The notes under the pieces are model-generated. The model was given only the letters and a program-made list of their open reading frames with translations, had not been told where the DNA came from and did not search any database. Position numbers and translations under genes: made by a program. Shown piece by piece: positions 1-7,481 of a stretch of 32,664 nt of DNA. The stretch's first letter is position 1, and every line of letters begins with the position of its first letter. The stretch lies in UHGV virus genome UHGV-2169520, one strand, 5' to 3'. This DNA comes from a virus.

Positions 1-222
1 ATGTTGTTTTCCCTTCGCACCAGCTTTAAAGCCACTCTTGTTAACGATGATGGTACGCCACGGATCACTGCCGAGGTGAGGAATGTGACACCTGATGATA
101 TCGGGAAGGTGGCGGAACTTGTCAGGGATGTTTTTGGTACTCCTTCCGGTACCTGCCGTTCAGACTCTGCGGCCAGGGTTGACAGGCAGGATGTTAACGC
201 CGGGTGGCTTACGCGCCTCTGA
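1..222 (+). CDS. 3' end of an ORF entering from the left edge; product unknown, possibly host gene flanking the prophage junction
   Basis: Frame open from position 1 to TGA 220-222, followed by hairpin 233-247; start not in window; no motif recognised. Confidence 0.25.
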   Translation: MLFSLRTSFKATLVNDDGTPRITAEVRNVTPDDIGKVAELVRDVFGTPSGTCRSDSAARVDRQDVNAGWLTRL

Positions 223-324
223 ATGATGATGCCCTCACTGGTGAGGGTGACAAAAAAGCCCTCTCAATGGCGGGCAAATCTGGTTTTTTGTTTTGTCTCT
301 ACAGGGAAAGGGCGCCATATCGGC

Positions 325-724
325 CCACCCCAACAACCGGATAGCGGGGAATTTCTCCCCCGCTGCGGTTTCTTACGGTTTACACTGCAAGAACGCCGCA
401 AAACGCGCTCCCCAGATATCAAAGCTGAATTCACATAACGAATCGTGGACCATCCAGATGACCAGGGTTATTGTCAGGCATCAAATGCCAACAATAATCG
501 TTTTTTGCGGTATAGCGCTTGCTCCTTTTACAAAGAGGCGCTAACCTTCCACTTGTCACGGTAGGAAGGGTCAGGCCTCGGTTAAACACAGATGTTTTCC
601 GGGGCCTTTCCACATCCGGCCTTCAGGTTTTCCCTCCGGCCATCAGCCGAAAGGCACCCGTTTCTTTTTGTTGCGGCAATATTTCAGGTGTCAGTTGGGG
701 TGGGCTGTATCTTGTCTGATGCAT
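325..724. repeat. Copy 1 of a ~400-bp structured non-coding element (copy 2 at 2333-2745)
   Basis: Alignable with 2333-2745; 3' ~230 bp nearly identical, 5' part diverged; hairpin 343-364 kept by compensatory changes; substitutions in embedded ORFs show no third-position bias. Confidence 0.6.
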
Positions 725-821
725 AAAAAAATGCCCGCGCTTTGGCGGGCAAAAGACAAGACTTTTCGTTTGTATATCATGGATAATGGACACCCTTCCT
801 GTTGTCAGGTGGCAGGCACCC
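725..821 (-). ncRNA. Candidate small RNA unit B1 (body class alpha)
   Basis: Minus-strand -35 TTGAGA (851-856), 17-bp spacer, -10 TAGATT (828-833); terminator GCCCGCC..GGCGGGC plus U7 (725-750); predicted ~95 nt; no credible ORF. Confidence 0.35.
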
Positions 822-925
822 GTGGTTAATCTACTGTTTTTGTGCTTTTGTCTCAACCCTGAAGTTTTCATGGAAAATCAGGGTTGCTTCATATGTGCCA
901 GGAAGGTGCGGCTATGATAACTGCC

Positions 926-1018
926 AAAAAAAGCCCGCTTTCCGGCGGGCAAAACAGCAATGTGAGTTGTCTGTCATTGATACTGGACAGCCTTCCTGTT
1001 GTCAGGTGGAAGGTACCC
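926..1018 (-). ncRNA. Candidate small RNA unit B2 (body class beta)
   Basis: -35 TTGAGA (1048-1053), 17-bp spacer, -10 TAGATT (1025-1030); terminator hairpin 933-950 plus U-run (926-932 on plus strand); 5' hairpin CCUUCC..GGAAGG. Confidence 0.35.
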
Positions 1019-1122
1019 GTGGTTAATCTACTGTCTTTGTGCTTTTGTCTCAACCCTGAAGTTTTCATGGAAAATCAGGGTTGCTTCATGTGAACCAGGA
1101 AGGTGAGGCGATGGTAACCGCC

Positions 1123-1148
1123 AAAAAAATGCCCGCTTTCCGGCGGGC
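1123..1148 (-). terminator. Intrinsic terminator, minus strand
   Basis: Hairpin GCCCGCTTTCCGGCGGGC 1131-1148 preceded on plus strand by A7 (U-tract on minus strand). Confidence 0.6.
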
Positions 1149-1369
1149 AAAACAAGGAAGTACGGATCATGTATTATTGATTACGAGGCATTCCACCATG
1201 CCCACGTTTAATTTAGCTAGTTTTCATTTTATTCACAATATAGTTACTTATCATATTTATGAACAAAACTGTAATTTCATCTATAGGTATAAGTGATTTG
1301 CATTAACATGTTTCTTCTGTATTGCTGTTGGTTTTCCGATGCTGATATTTATGATACATTCAAGGGCAA

Positions 1370-1575
1370 ATGAGGTTGTTCCACAGAAACGATGTTGAGA
1401 TATTTCTGCTCCAGAAAGGACAAGCTAAAAAAATAAAGTGATATTATGATATGTCAGGGATGTTCAGGCATGTCAGTGTCTTATTAATAAACTCGTTGCT
1501 GCTGTAATAACACCAAAAAAATCAAAGCATAATCTGCATGTTGTTCCTGATGACCCAATAACCACAAAAGAATAA
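1370..1575 (+). pseudogene. Decayed copy of the 71-codon ORF family (intact copy at 3197-3412)
   Basis: ATG 1370 opens MRLFHRNDVEI then frame breaks (stop after 23 codons); C-terminal homologous segment ..RDVQACQCLI..HVVPDDPITTKE present out of frame; same flanking AT-rich region and terminator as the intact copy. Confidence 0.55.
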
Positions 1576-1668
1576 AAAAAATGCCCGCTTTCCGGCGGGC
1601 AAAACAGCAATGTGAGTTGTCTGTCATTGATACTGGACACCCTTCCTGTTGTCAGGTGGAAGGCACCC
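1574..1668 (-). ncRNA. Candidate small RNA unit B3 (body class beta)
   Basis: -35 TTGAGC (1698-1703), 17-bp spacer, -10 TAGATT (1675-1680); terminator hairpin 1583-1600 plus U-run. Confidence 0.35.
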
Positions 1669-1772
1669 GTGGTTAATCTACTGTCTTTGTGCTTTTGGCT
1701 CAACCCTGAAGTTTTCATGGAAAATCAGGGCTGCTTTGTGTGCGCCAGGGAAGGCGCCTCGATGGCAGGCGC

Positions 1773-1799
1773 AAAAAAAATGCCCGTGCTTCGGCGGGC
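1773..1799 (-). terminator. Intrinsic terminator, minus strand
   Basis: Hairpin 1782-1799 (one mismatch) preceded on plus strand by A8. Confidence 0.5.
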
Positions 1800-2026
1800 A
1801 AAATAAGGAAGTACAGGTTACATGTTATTGATAAAGTAGCATTGCTCTGTCCGTCTTTAATCTAACGAGTTTTGAGTTTTTTCACAATATTGTTACCTGT
1901 CATGTTATAGATGAAACTGCAATTTCATCTATAGGTATAAATGATTTGTATTAATGTGTGTCCACTGTTTGTCTGCTTTCTGGTTTTCAGTTGACTGTGT
2001 TTCTGATGAATTCAGGAGGTTGTCTT

Positions 2027-2125
2027 ATGAGGCTGTTCCACAGAAACGATATTGAGATTGAACTGCATTTCTCCTCCGGTGAGGATAAGGTTAAATCATT
2101 GTTGATGAAAAAAACAAAGATTTAA
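2027..2125 (+). pseudogene. Truncated copy (32 codons) of the 71-codon ORF family
   Basis: Strong SD AGGAGG 8 nt before ATG 2027; first 24 codons near-identical to 3197-3268 (2 of 3 differences synonymous) then divergence and early stop. Confidence 0.5.
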
Positions 2126-2194
2126 TTTATTGATATAAAGGATTTGTATCAGCGTATGTCCACGCAGTGACCACATTTTCGAGAGGTAGAGTAA

Positions 2195-2220
2195 GCCCGC
2201 AACATTGCGGGCTTTGTCTT
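2195..2220 (+). terminator. Intrinsic terminator, plus strand
   Basis: Hairpin GCCCGCAACATTGCGGGC 2195-2212 followed by TTTGTCTT. Confidence 0.6.
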
Positions 2221-2264
2221 ATAGTCTGATCACTGTTTCAAGTCGGTGAGGACACCAAAAAGAA

Positions 2265-2298
2265 AACCCGCAGTTTTTATGCTGCGGGTTTGTTTGTT
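2265..2298. terminator. Bidirectional hairpin terminator
   Basis: AACCCGCAG..CTGCGGGTT hairpin 2265-2290 with T-rich tract after it on the plus strand and U-rich tract after it on the minus strand. Confidence 0.5.
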
Positions 2299-2332
2299 CA
2301 TGTCTGTGAGATAGGGTGCCTTATCGACCTTA

Positions 2333-2745
2333 CCCTGGCAACCGATTGACGGGGGATTGCTCCCCCGTCGCGGTTTCCTTACTTCTTACATTGTAAGAAC
2401 GCCGCAAACTCCGCTCCCCAGAAGCTCATCCGTATTTCGCACAGCGAACCGTGCAATATCCAGATGATGAGGATTGCCGTCACGCAGAACGTGATGGCCG
2501 TAAGCGATTTTTGCGACATAGCACTTGCTCCTTTTCCGGAGAGGCGCTAACCTTTCACTTGTCAAGGTAATGCGGTTAGGGCCTCGGTTAAACAGAAATG
2601 TTTTCCGGGGCCTTTCCACATCCGGCCTTCAGGTTTTCCCTCCGGCCATCAGCCGAAAGGCACCCGCGCGTAATTTAACTGTTTCTTTTTGTTGCGGCAA
2701 TATTTCAGGTGTCAGTTGGGGTGGGCTGTATCTTGTCTGATGCAT
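2333..2745. repeat. Copy 2 of the ~400-bp structured non-coding element
   Basis: Alignable with 325-724; hairpin 2348-2369 GACGGGGGA-TTGC-TCCCCCGTC; 15-bp insertion relative to copy 1. Confidence 0.6.
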
Positions 2746-2841
2746 AAAAAAATGCCCGCGCTTCGGCGGGCAAAAAACAAGACTTTTCGTTTGTATATCA
2801 TGGATAATGGACACCCTTCCTGTTGTCAGGGGGAGGTACCC
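2746..2841 (-). ncRNA. Candidate small RNA unit B4 (body class alpha)
   Basis: -35 TTGAGC (2871-2876), 17-bp spacer, -10 TAGATT (2848-2853); terminator hairpin 2754-2771 plus U-run. Confidence 0.35.
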
Positions 2842-2945
2842 GTAGCTAATCTACTCACTTTGTGCCCGCAGCTCAACCCTGAAGTTTTCATGGAAAATCA
2901 GGGCTGCTTTGTGTGCGCCAGGGAAGGCGCCTCGATGGCAGGCGC

Positions 2946-2972
2946 AAAAAAAATGCCCGCTCTCCGGCGGGC
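2946..2972 (-). terminator. Intrinsic terminator, minus strand
   Basis: Hairpin GCCCGCTCTCCGGCGGGC 2955-2972 preceded on plus strand by A8. Confidence 0.6.
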
Positions 2973-3196
2973 AAAACAATGATCTACGTCACATTATATT
3001 GATAACCGGGCATTCCTCCATGCCCATTTTTAATTTAGCCATTTTTCATTTTGTTCACAATATAGTTATCTATCATATTCATGAATGAAATTATAATTTC
3101 ATCTATAGGTATAAATGATTTGTGTTAATATGTTTCTCCTGTCTAACTGTTTTCTCATTTTTCGATACTAGTATTTCTGATATATTCAGGGGGCGT

Positions 3197-3412
3197 ATGA
3201 GATTGTTCCGAAGAAACGATATTGAGATTGAACTGCATTTCTCCTCCGGTGAGGATAAGGTTAAATCAATAAAGGTGAAACTAAGACATGCCCGGGATGT
3301 TCAGGCGTGTCAGTGTCTTATTGATGAACTCGTTGCTGCCGGAGGAACGCCAAAAAAACAAAAATATAATCTGCACGTGGTTCCTGATGACCCCATAACC
3401 ACAAAAGAATAA
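3197..3412 (+). CDS. Small hydrophilic protein (71 aa), function unknown; only intact member of a three-copy family
   Basis: ATG 3197 with G-rich SD; MRLFRRNDIEIELHFSSGEDKVKSIKVKL..; convergent with ogr; AT-rich upstream region with conserved hairpin 3008-3036. Confidence 0.6.
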   Translation: MRLFRRNDIEIELHFSSGEDKVKSIKVKLRHARDVQACQCLIDELVAAGGTPKKQKYNLHVVPDDPITTKE

Positions 3413-3505
3413 AAAAATGCCCGCTTTCCGGCGGGCAAAAAACAATTTAGGTCATATTTCATCATGGATAATTAAATACTTGCCCGTGGTTGCGGGAAAG
3501 TATCT
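3411..3505 (-). ncRNA. Candidate small RNA unit B5 (body class gamma), immediately downstream of ogr
   Basis: -35 TTGAGA (3535-3540) starts 15 bp after ogr stop; 17-bp spacer; -10 TAGATT (3512-3517); terminator hairpin 3419-3436 plus U7; also the likely terminator for ogr. Confidence 0.35.
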
Positions 3506-3554
3506 GCCGTTAATCTACTTGCCTTATGATGTCCTCTCAACCTGATTATTGTTC

Positions 3555-3806
3555 TTAAATATCAAGATTAATCTGAGTATTCCCCCTGTGAGATCCCGGA
3601 AAATCTTCCCACGGTATCCGCTCTGTACCCTGCGGCGACGGGGCGCGTTTTGATGTGAATTTGTTAAAACCCTCCAGTGTGGTAAAGCCGATCCCGCATT
3701 CGAGGTTATTGCACTGGTAGTACTTCAGGCGAACTGTGCCTGAATCATTTTCATTGCGACTGGTGCGGATACGTGCGGATGCACCGCATAGGGGACAACG
3801 GAACAT
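3555..3806 (-). CDS. ogr: Ogr/Delta-family zinc-finger late-gene activator
   Basis: MFRCPLCGASARIRTSR...YYQCNNLECG: C-x2-C...C-x4-C zinc finger matching P2 Ogr; SD AGGAGA 4 nt before ATG. Confidence 0.9.
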   Translation of the reverse strand: MFRCPLCGASARIRTSRNENDSGTVRLKYYQCNNLECGIGFTTLEGFNKFTSKRAPSPQGTERIPWEDFPGSHRGNTQINLDI

Positions 3807-3849
3807 GGCTTCTCCTTATCTGGCTGAGTGGAGATGGCTCATTTTAATT

Positions 3850-4941
3850 TTATCCGCCTGAATCTGCTATCCATTCGGGGATTTTCGCTTCCAGCTCCAG
3901 TTGTGTGGTGAAGCCGCTTTCATCTATGATGTGCTCCACCCTGGCAATAATCCAGTCCTGATTGTCCACCTCGCTTTTAAAACCTGTTACCCTGCCGTGC
4001 ATTTCGGGGTACAGGTCGGCACGACCCCGTGCCAGAGTGATGGAGAATGCCGCTGCTCCCCGCTGTAACTCCTGCCACTTTGCCGCAGCTGCACGTCGTG
4101 CGGTTTCTTCATTCTGGTAAGTCCTGCGCAGAACGTAGACGTTCCCTTCCGCGCCTTCCATGTAATCACCCTCCCGGCTGCTGCTCTTCTCCTGTTTCTG
4201 TTTCCCGGCTTCCCTGCGTCGCTTCACGTTCACTTTTTTCTTTTGCCCGAACTTCAGATCGAGCCAGTGCGCCCGGACCCCCGTATACGCATCACGGTCA
4301 GCAATGCGAAAGCGGTGACTGTCGCCGCTGCTGCGGGTAATGGCGAACGAAGGCAGGGCTCTTCCGTCCGGCCCGGTTCCGCCACCCGGCAGAATGAATA
4401 ACAGGCTGCCGTTTTTTACGGTGGCAATCGCACCCAGCATTTCAGCCATGCGGGTCAGGAAGGATATATCGCTCTCTTCGGTCTGGTCAGCGTGGTCAAT
4501 TTCGATATCCATGAGGATTTCGCTTATCTGTGTCTTCAGGCCGTAGCGGTGAGCGATGGCTGACACAACCTGTTTTACGGTCACGTCGTGCCAGGATACC
4601 TCCCGCCTCACGTTGAACTCTTCCCGAAAATCTGCGCTGCTGGCGGTGATGATCAGTTTATCTGGAGGTCCTTCCCACGCAACCTCATCAACGACGTAGG
4701 TGCCCTTGTTAACCAGTGATTCTCCTCGCCAGCCAATCATCACTCTCAGGCGTGCGCCACGTGGTGGCAACTGTAACTGCCCGTCCGTATCGTCAAGGGT
4801 GAGGGTGACGCGGTCTGCCTCAAAGGCCCGGTTATCCGTCAGGGTCAGCGTCATGAGTCGCTCTGTGAGGTTTGCCAGTGTGTTGTTGTTGATGGTGATG
4901 TCGATATCCGGTGACGGAACGGTAACTGACAGCTCTTTCAT
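3850..4941 (-). CDS. D: Tail protein D
   Basis: P2 gpD-like over full length; start set at ATG 4941 (SD AGGAGAG) rather than the ORF-track start 4977, which lacks an SD. Confidence 0.85.
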   Translation of the reverse strand: MKELSVTVPSPDIDITINNNTLANLTERLMTLTLTDNRAFEADRVTLTLDDTDGQLQLPPRGARLRVMIGWRGESLVNKGTYVVDEVAWEGPPDKLIITASSADFREEFNVRREVSWHDVTVKQVVSAIAHRYGLKTQISEILMDIEIDHADQTEESDISFLTRMAEMLGAIATVKNGSLLFILPGGGTGPDGRALPSFAITRSSGDSHRFRIADRDAYTGVRAHWLDLKFGQKKKVNVKRRREAGKQKQEKSSSREGDYMEGAEGNVYVLRRTYQNEETARRAAAAKWQELQRGAAAFSITLARGRADLYPEMHGRVTGFKSEVDNQDWIIARVEHIIDESGFTTQLELEAKIPEWIADSGG

Positions 4942-5005
4942 GGTGTTCTCTCCTGGTGCGTTCTGTAATGGTTTCATGCACCGTAGCGGCGTTGAATGGC
5001 TGTTT

Positions 5006-5029
5006 TGTTGTCGCTGTCAGGAGACAACA
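5006..5029. promoter_or_regulatory. Candidate Ogr-type activator site in the divergent D/FI intergenic region
   Basis: TGTTGTC-N10-GACAACA, containing TGT-N12-ACA (5009-5026), centred ~55 bp from plausible start sites on either side. Confidence 0.45.
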
Positions 5030-5102
5030 TCAAAGGGGTGAGATTACCGCGTGTGTGGGTAATGATTACGCAAAATCAACCAGCCAGACAAGGGTGAAAC
5101 AT

Positions 5103-6386
5103 ATGAGTGAAACACGCTTTCATGGTGCGCGCGTAAGGGAAAGTACCGGCCTTGCCACCGCCATTAATGATGTGGATTCCAGTGTTATTGGTATTGTGGC
5201 TACGGCAGATGACGCGGATGAAACTCTGTTCCCGCTGAACAAACCCACACTGCTGACCCGCGTCAGTGATGTGCTGGGTAAGGCCGGCACAAAGGGGACG
5301 CTTTACAAATCGCTTAAGGCTGTCGCCGACCAGGTGAGCACGAAGGTGATTGTGGTGCGCGTTCCTGATGCCAGTTCTCAGGGCGCCCCGGATACAGGAG
5401 TTACATCATTCGGTCATCTGGATCCTGAAGACAGGGCATTTTTTGGTATTGATGAGTCTGAAGATGCACATCCTGTATACCCACACAAAACGCAGGACCA
5501 GTATGTCATTGGTGGCACGGATGGCGACGGTAATTATACCGGTATGTATGCACTTCTGATAGCTGAACAGGATGATGCCATCGGTTACCGTCCGCGCATC
5601 ATCGCAGCTCCCGGACTGGATACTGAAGCTGTCACAAAATCCCTGTGTGTAATTGCAGAAAAACTTCGCGCATTTGTCTACGCGGGCTGTCACAACTGCA
5701 AGAAGCCCGCTGATGCAATCAGCTACCGCGCCAGATTTAACGAGCGCGAACTTATGCTGCTCTGGCCTGACTTCATCGCCTATAACCCGAAATCCGGCGC
5801 TAATGAGGTCTTCCCGGCTGCGGCGTACGCCTGCGGTTTACGTGCACGTATTGACCACGAACAGGGCTGGCATAAATCGCTGTCCAACGTGCCGGTAAGA
5901 AATGTGCTGGGTATTTCCAGCCCGGTGTTCTGGTCCCTTCAGTCCGAAGACAGCGATGCCAACAATCTCAACAACAAGGAAATCACTACCATCATTTGCC
6001 GTAACGGTTTCCGCTTCTGGGGCAACCGTACGCCGGAAACGAAGGCGTATATCTTTGAGGTGTACACGCGAACCGCTCAGGTGCTGGCTGATTCCATTGC
6101 GGAAGCGCAGTTTGAAACGATTGATGCCCCGCTGACCCCTGCTAATGTGAAAGACGTGTTAAGCGCAATTCGCGCAAAACTGGATGCGCTGGTTACGTCA
6201 GGACGTCTCATTGGTGCGGAGTGCTGGTATGACGTGGTGGATAACAGCACCACGGAACTTCGTCAGGGACGCGTGCGTATCCGCTACAAGTACACGCCCG
6301 TTCCGCCGCTTGAGGATATGGAACTTTACCAGACGTTTACTGATGAATTCTTTGGTCCTGCATTTGCGACGCTTGGAGGTGCTTAA
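5103..6386 (+). CDS. FI: Tail sheath protein FI
   Basis: MSETRFHGARV.. P2 gpFI-like; ATG 5103 preferred over upstream in-frame start. Confidence 0.9.
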   Translation: MSETRFHGARVRESTGLATAINDVDSSVIGIVATADDADETLFPLNKPTLLTRVSDVLGKAGTKGTLYKSLKAVADQVSTKVIVVRVPDASSQGAPDTGVTSFGHLDPEDRAFFGIDESEDAHPVYPHKTQDQYVIGGTDGDGNYTGMYALLIAEQDDAIGYRPRIIAAPGLDTEAVTKSLCVIAEKLRAFVYAGCHNCKKPADAISYRARFNERELMLLWPDFIAYNPKSGANEVFPAAAYACGLRARIDHEQGWHKSLSNVPVRNVLGISSPVFWSLQSEDSDANNLNNKEITTIICRNGFRFWGNRTPETKAYIFEVYTRTAQVLADSIAEAQFETIDAPLTPANVKDVLSAIRAKLDALVTSGRLIGAECWYDVVDNSTTELRQGRVRIRYKYTPVPPLEDMELYQTFTDEFFGPAFATLGGA

Positions 6387-6904
6387 TGGCCGTACCAAAA
6401 AATCTCAGGGTGTTCACGCTGTTTACTGACGGGGTGAACCAGATTGGCAGGGTGACCGGCTTCACGCCCCCCAAACTGACCCGTAAAACGGAAGCCTATC
6501 GCGGTGGTGGTATGGCCGGCGCGGTGAATATCGACCTTGGTCTGGATGACGGCGCGCTGGATGCGAGTTTCACCATGGGCGGGCCGACCCGCGAACTGTT
6601 CCTTAAGTACGGCGGCACGATCGACGGTACGCTGCTGCGCTTTGTCGGTGAGTACTACAACGATGAAGAGCAGAGCGACCTGTATGAAATTGAGCTTCGC
6701 GGCCGCGTGACGGAAATTGATACGGGGGAGGCAAAACAGGGTGAGGTCACGTCTCACACCTATGCGGTCAGGAGTACCTACTACAAACTCAGCATTAACG
6801 ACCGTCCGGTGCTGGAGATTGATTTACTGAACCACATCGAACGCAAGGACGGCAAAAACGTCTTCCCGGACCGCGTGCGCTCGGCGATTGGTCTTGGTGG
6901 TTAA
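6386..6904 (+). CDS. FII: Tail tube protein FII
   Basis: MAVPKNLRVFTLFTDGVNQIG.. P2 gpFII-like; start overlaps FI stop (TAATG). Confidence 0.9.
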   Translation: MAVPKNLRVFTLFTDGVNQIGRVTGFTPPKLTRKTEAYRGGGMAGAVNIDLGLDDGALDASFTMGGPTRELFLKYGGTIDGTLLRFVGEYYNDEEQSDLYEIELRGRVTEIDTGEAKQGEVTSHTYAVRSTYYKLSINDRPVLEIDLLNHIERKDGKNVFPDRVRSAIGLGG

Positions 6905-6954
6905 TGTTTCCCACGGCGGCGCGCGGCGTCGCCCCCTGATTTGAGGTTTTATGC

Positions 6955-7317
6955 ATGAAAGAAAATCCGGTTGTTGCCCCTGTTACTGACGGTGCTGATG
7001 CGGCGGACGTGACCAGTGAGCGCGGCGTGACGCTGAAAACGCCCCTTGTGCTCGGTAACAAAAAAATCACGTATGTGGAAATCACGCCTGCTGTACAGCA
7101 GGCCGGTTCACTGCGCGGGCTGTCACTGCTTGACGTGCTGAACATGAAAACGGACGCGATGTTTGAGTTACTCCCGCGCGTCACTTCGCCGCGACTGGAC
7201 GAGGTTCTGCTTAAGCGCATGGGGTCCGCTGATTTTATTCAGCTGTGCGGGGTGGCGGTTAATTTTTTGGCCGGTCAGGACTCTGGCGGGAAGAGCGGGG
7301 CGGCGACGGCAGGCTGA
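6955..7317 (+). CDS. E: Tail assembly chaperone E
   Basis: Position between tube and tape measure; ends 50 nt after the T6G slippery site. Confidence 0.8.
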   Translation: MKENPVVAPVTDGADAADVTSERGVTLKTPLVLGNKKITYVEITPAVQQAGSLRGLSLLDVLNMKTDAMFELLPRVTSPRLDEVLLKRMGSADFIQLCGVAVNFLAGQDSGGKSGAATAG

Positions 7318-7481
7318 TAACCGTCGTGCCCTTTGAGCACATTGAAGACTTTGTGGCGGATATCGCCGTTATTTTCAACTGGTCTCCCGCTGAAATCTTC
7401 CTGATGGATCCCGGCGAGGTGGTCGCCTGGCGTGAGCGGGCGGCCCTTCGCAGCGGGAACGCAGAGCATGAAAACGCTTGA
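6955..7481 (+). CDS. E+E-prime fusion made by -1 frameshift at TTTTTTG (7263-7269)
   Basis: The -1 frame after the slippery heptamer stays open to TGA 7479-7481, overlapping the start of T, as in P2. Confidence 0.6.

Noticed and set aside
519-719. Plus-strand ORFs 519-719 and 2525-2740 and minus-strand ORFs 431-613 and 2386-2619 inside the structured element
   Set aside because: Differences between copies are spread evenly over codon positions with many radical replacements; the only start is TTG without SD; the conservation is at nucleotide level.
325-724. Retron msr/msd or group II intron RNA as identity of the structured ~400-bp element
   Set aside because: No reverse transcriptase or maturase ORF adjacent to either copy and no recognisable domain V-like motif; left as an unassigned structured element.
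623-871. Minus-strand ORFs 623-871, 1473-1718 and 2629-2814 (MKTSGL.. family)
   Set aside because: They read straight through terminator hairpins and the sRNA-unit promoters, have no SD, and the paralogues differ by frame-breaking changes.
725-3440. Possible CRISPR array suggested by regularly recurring near-identical ~26-bp terminator elements
   Set aside because: Repeat spacing is ~200 bp and irregular, the intervening segments are themselves repeated, there are no short unique spacers, and each repeat is a hairpin plus U-tract typical of intrinsic terminators.
4956-5102. N-terminal extension of the sheath gene from the ORF-track start at 4956
   Set aside because: The extension has no RBS and would overlap the D/FI control region; ATG 5103 (MSETRF) is the better start.
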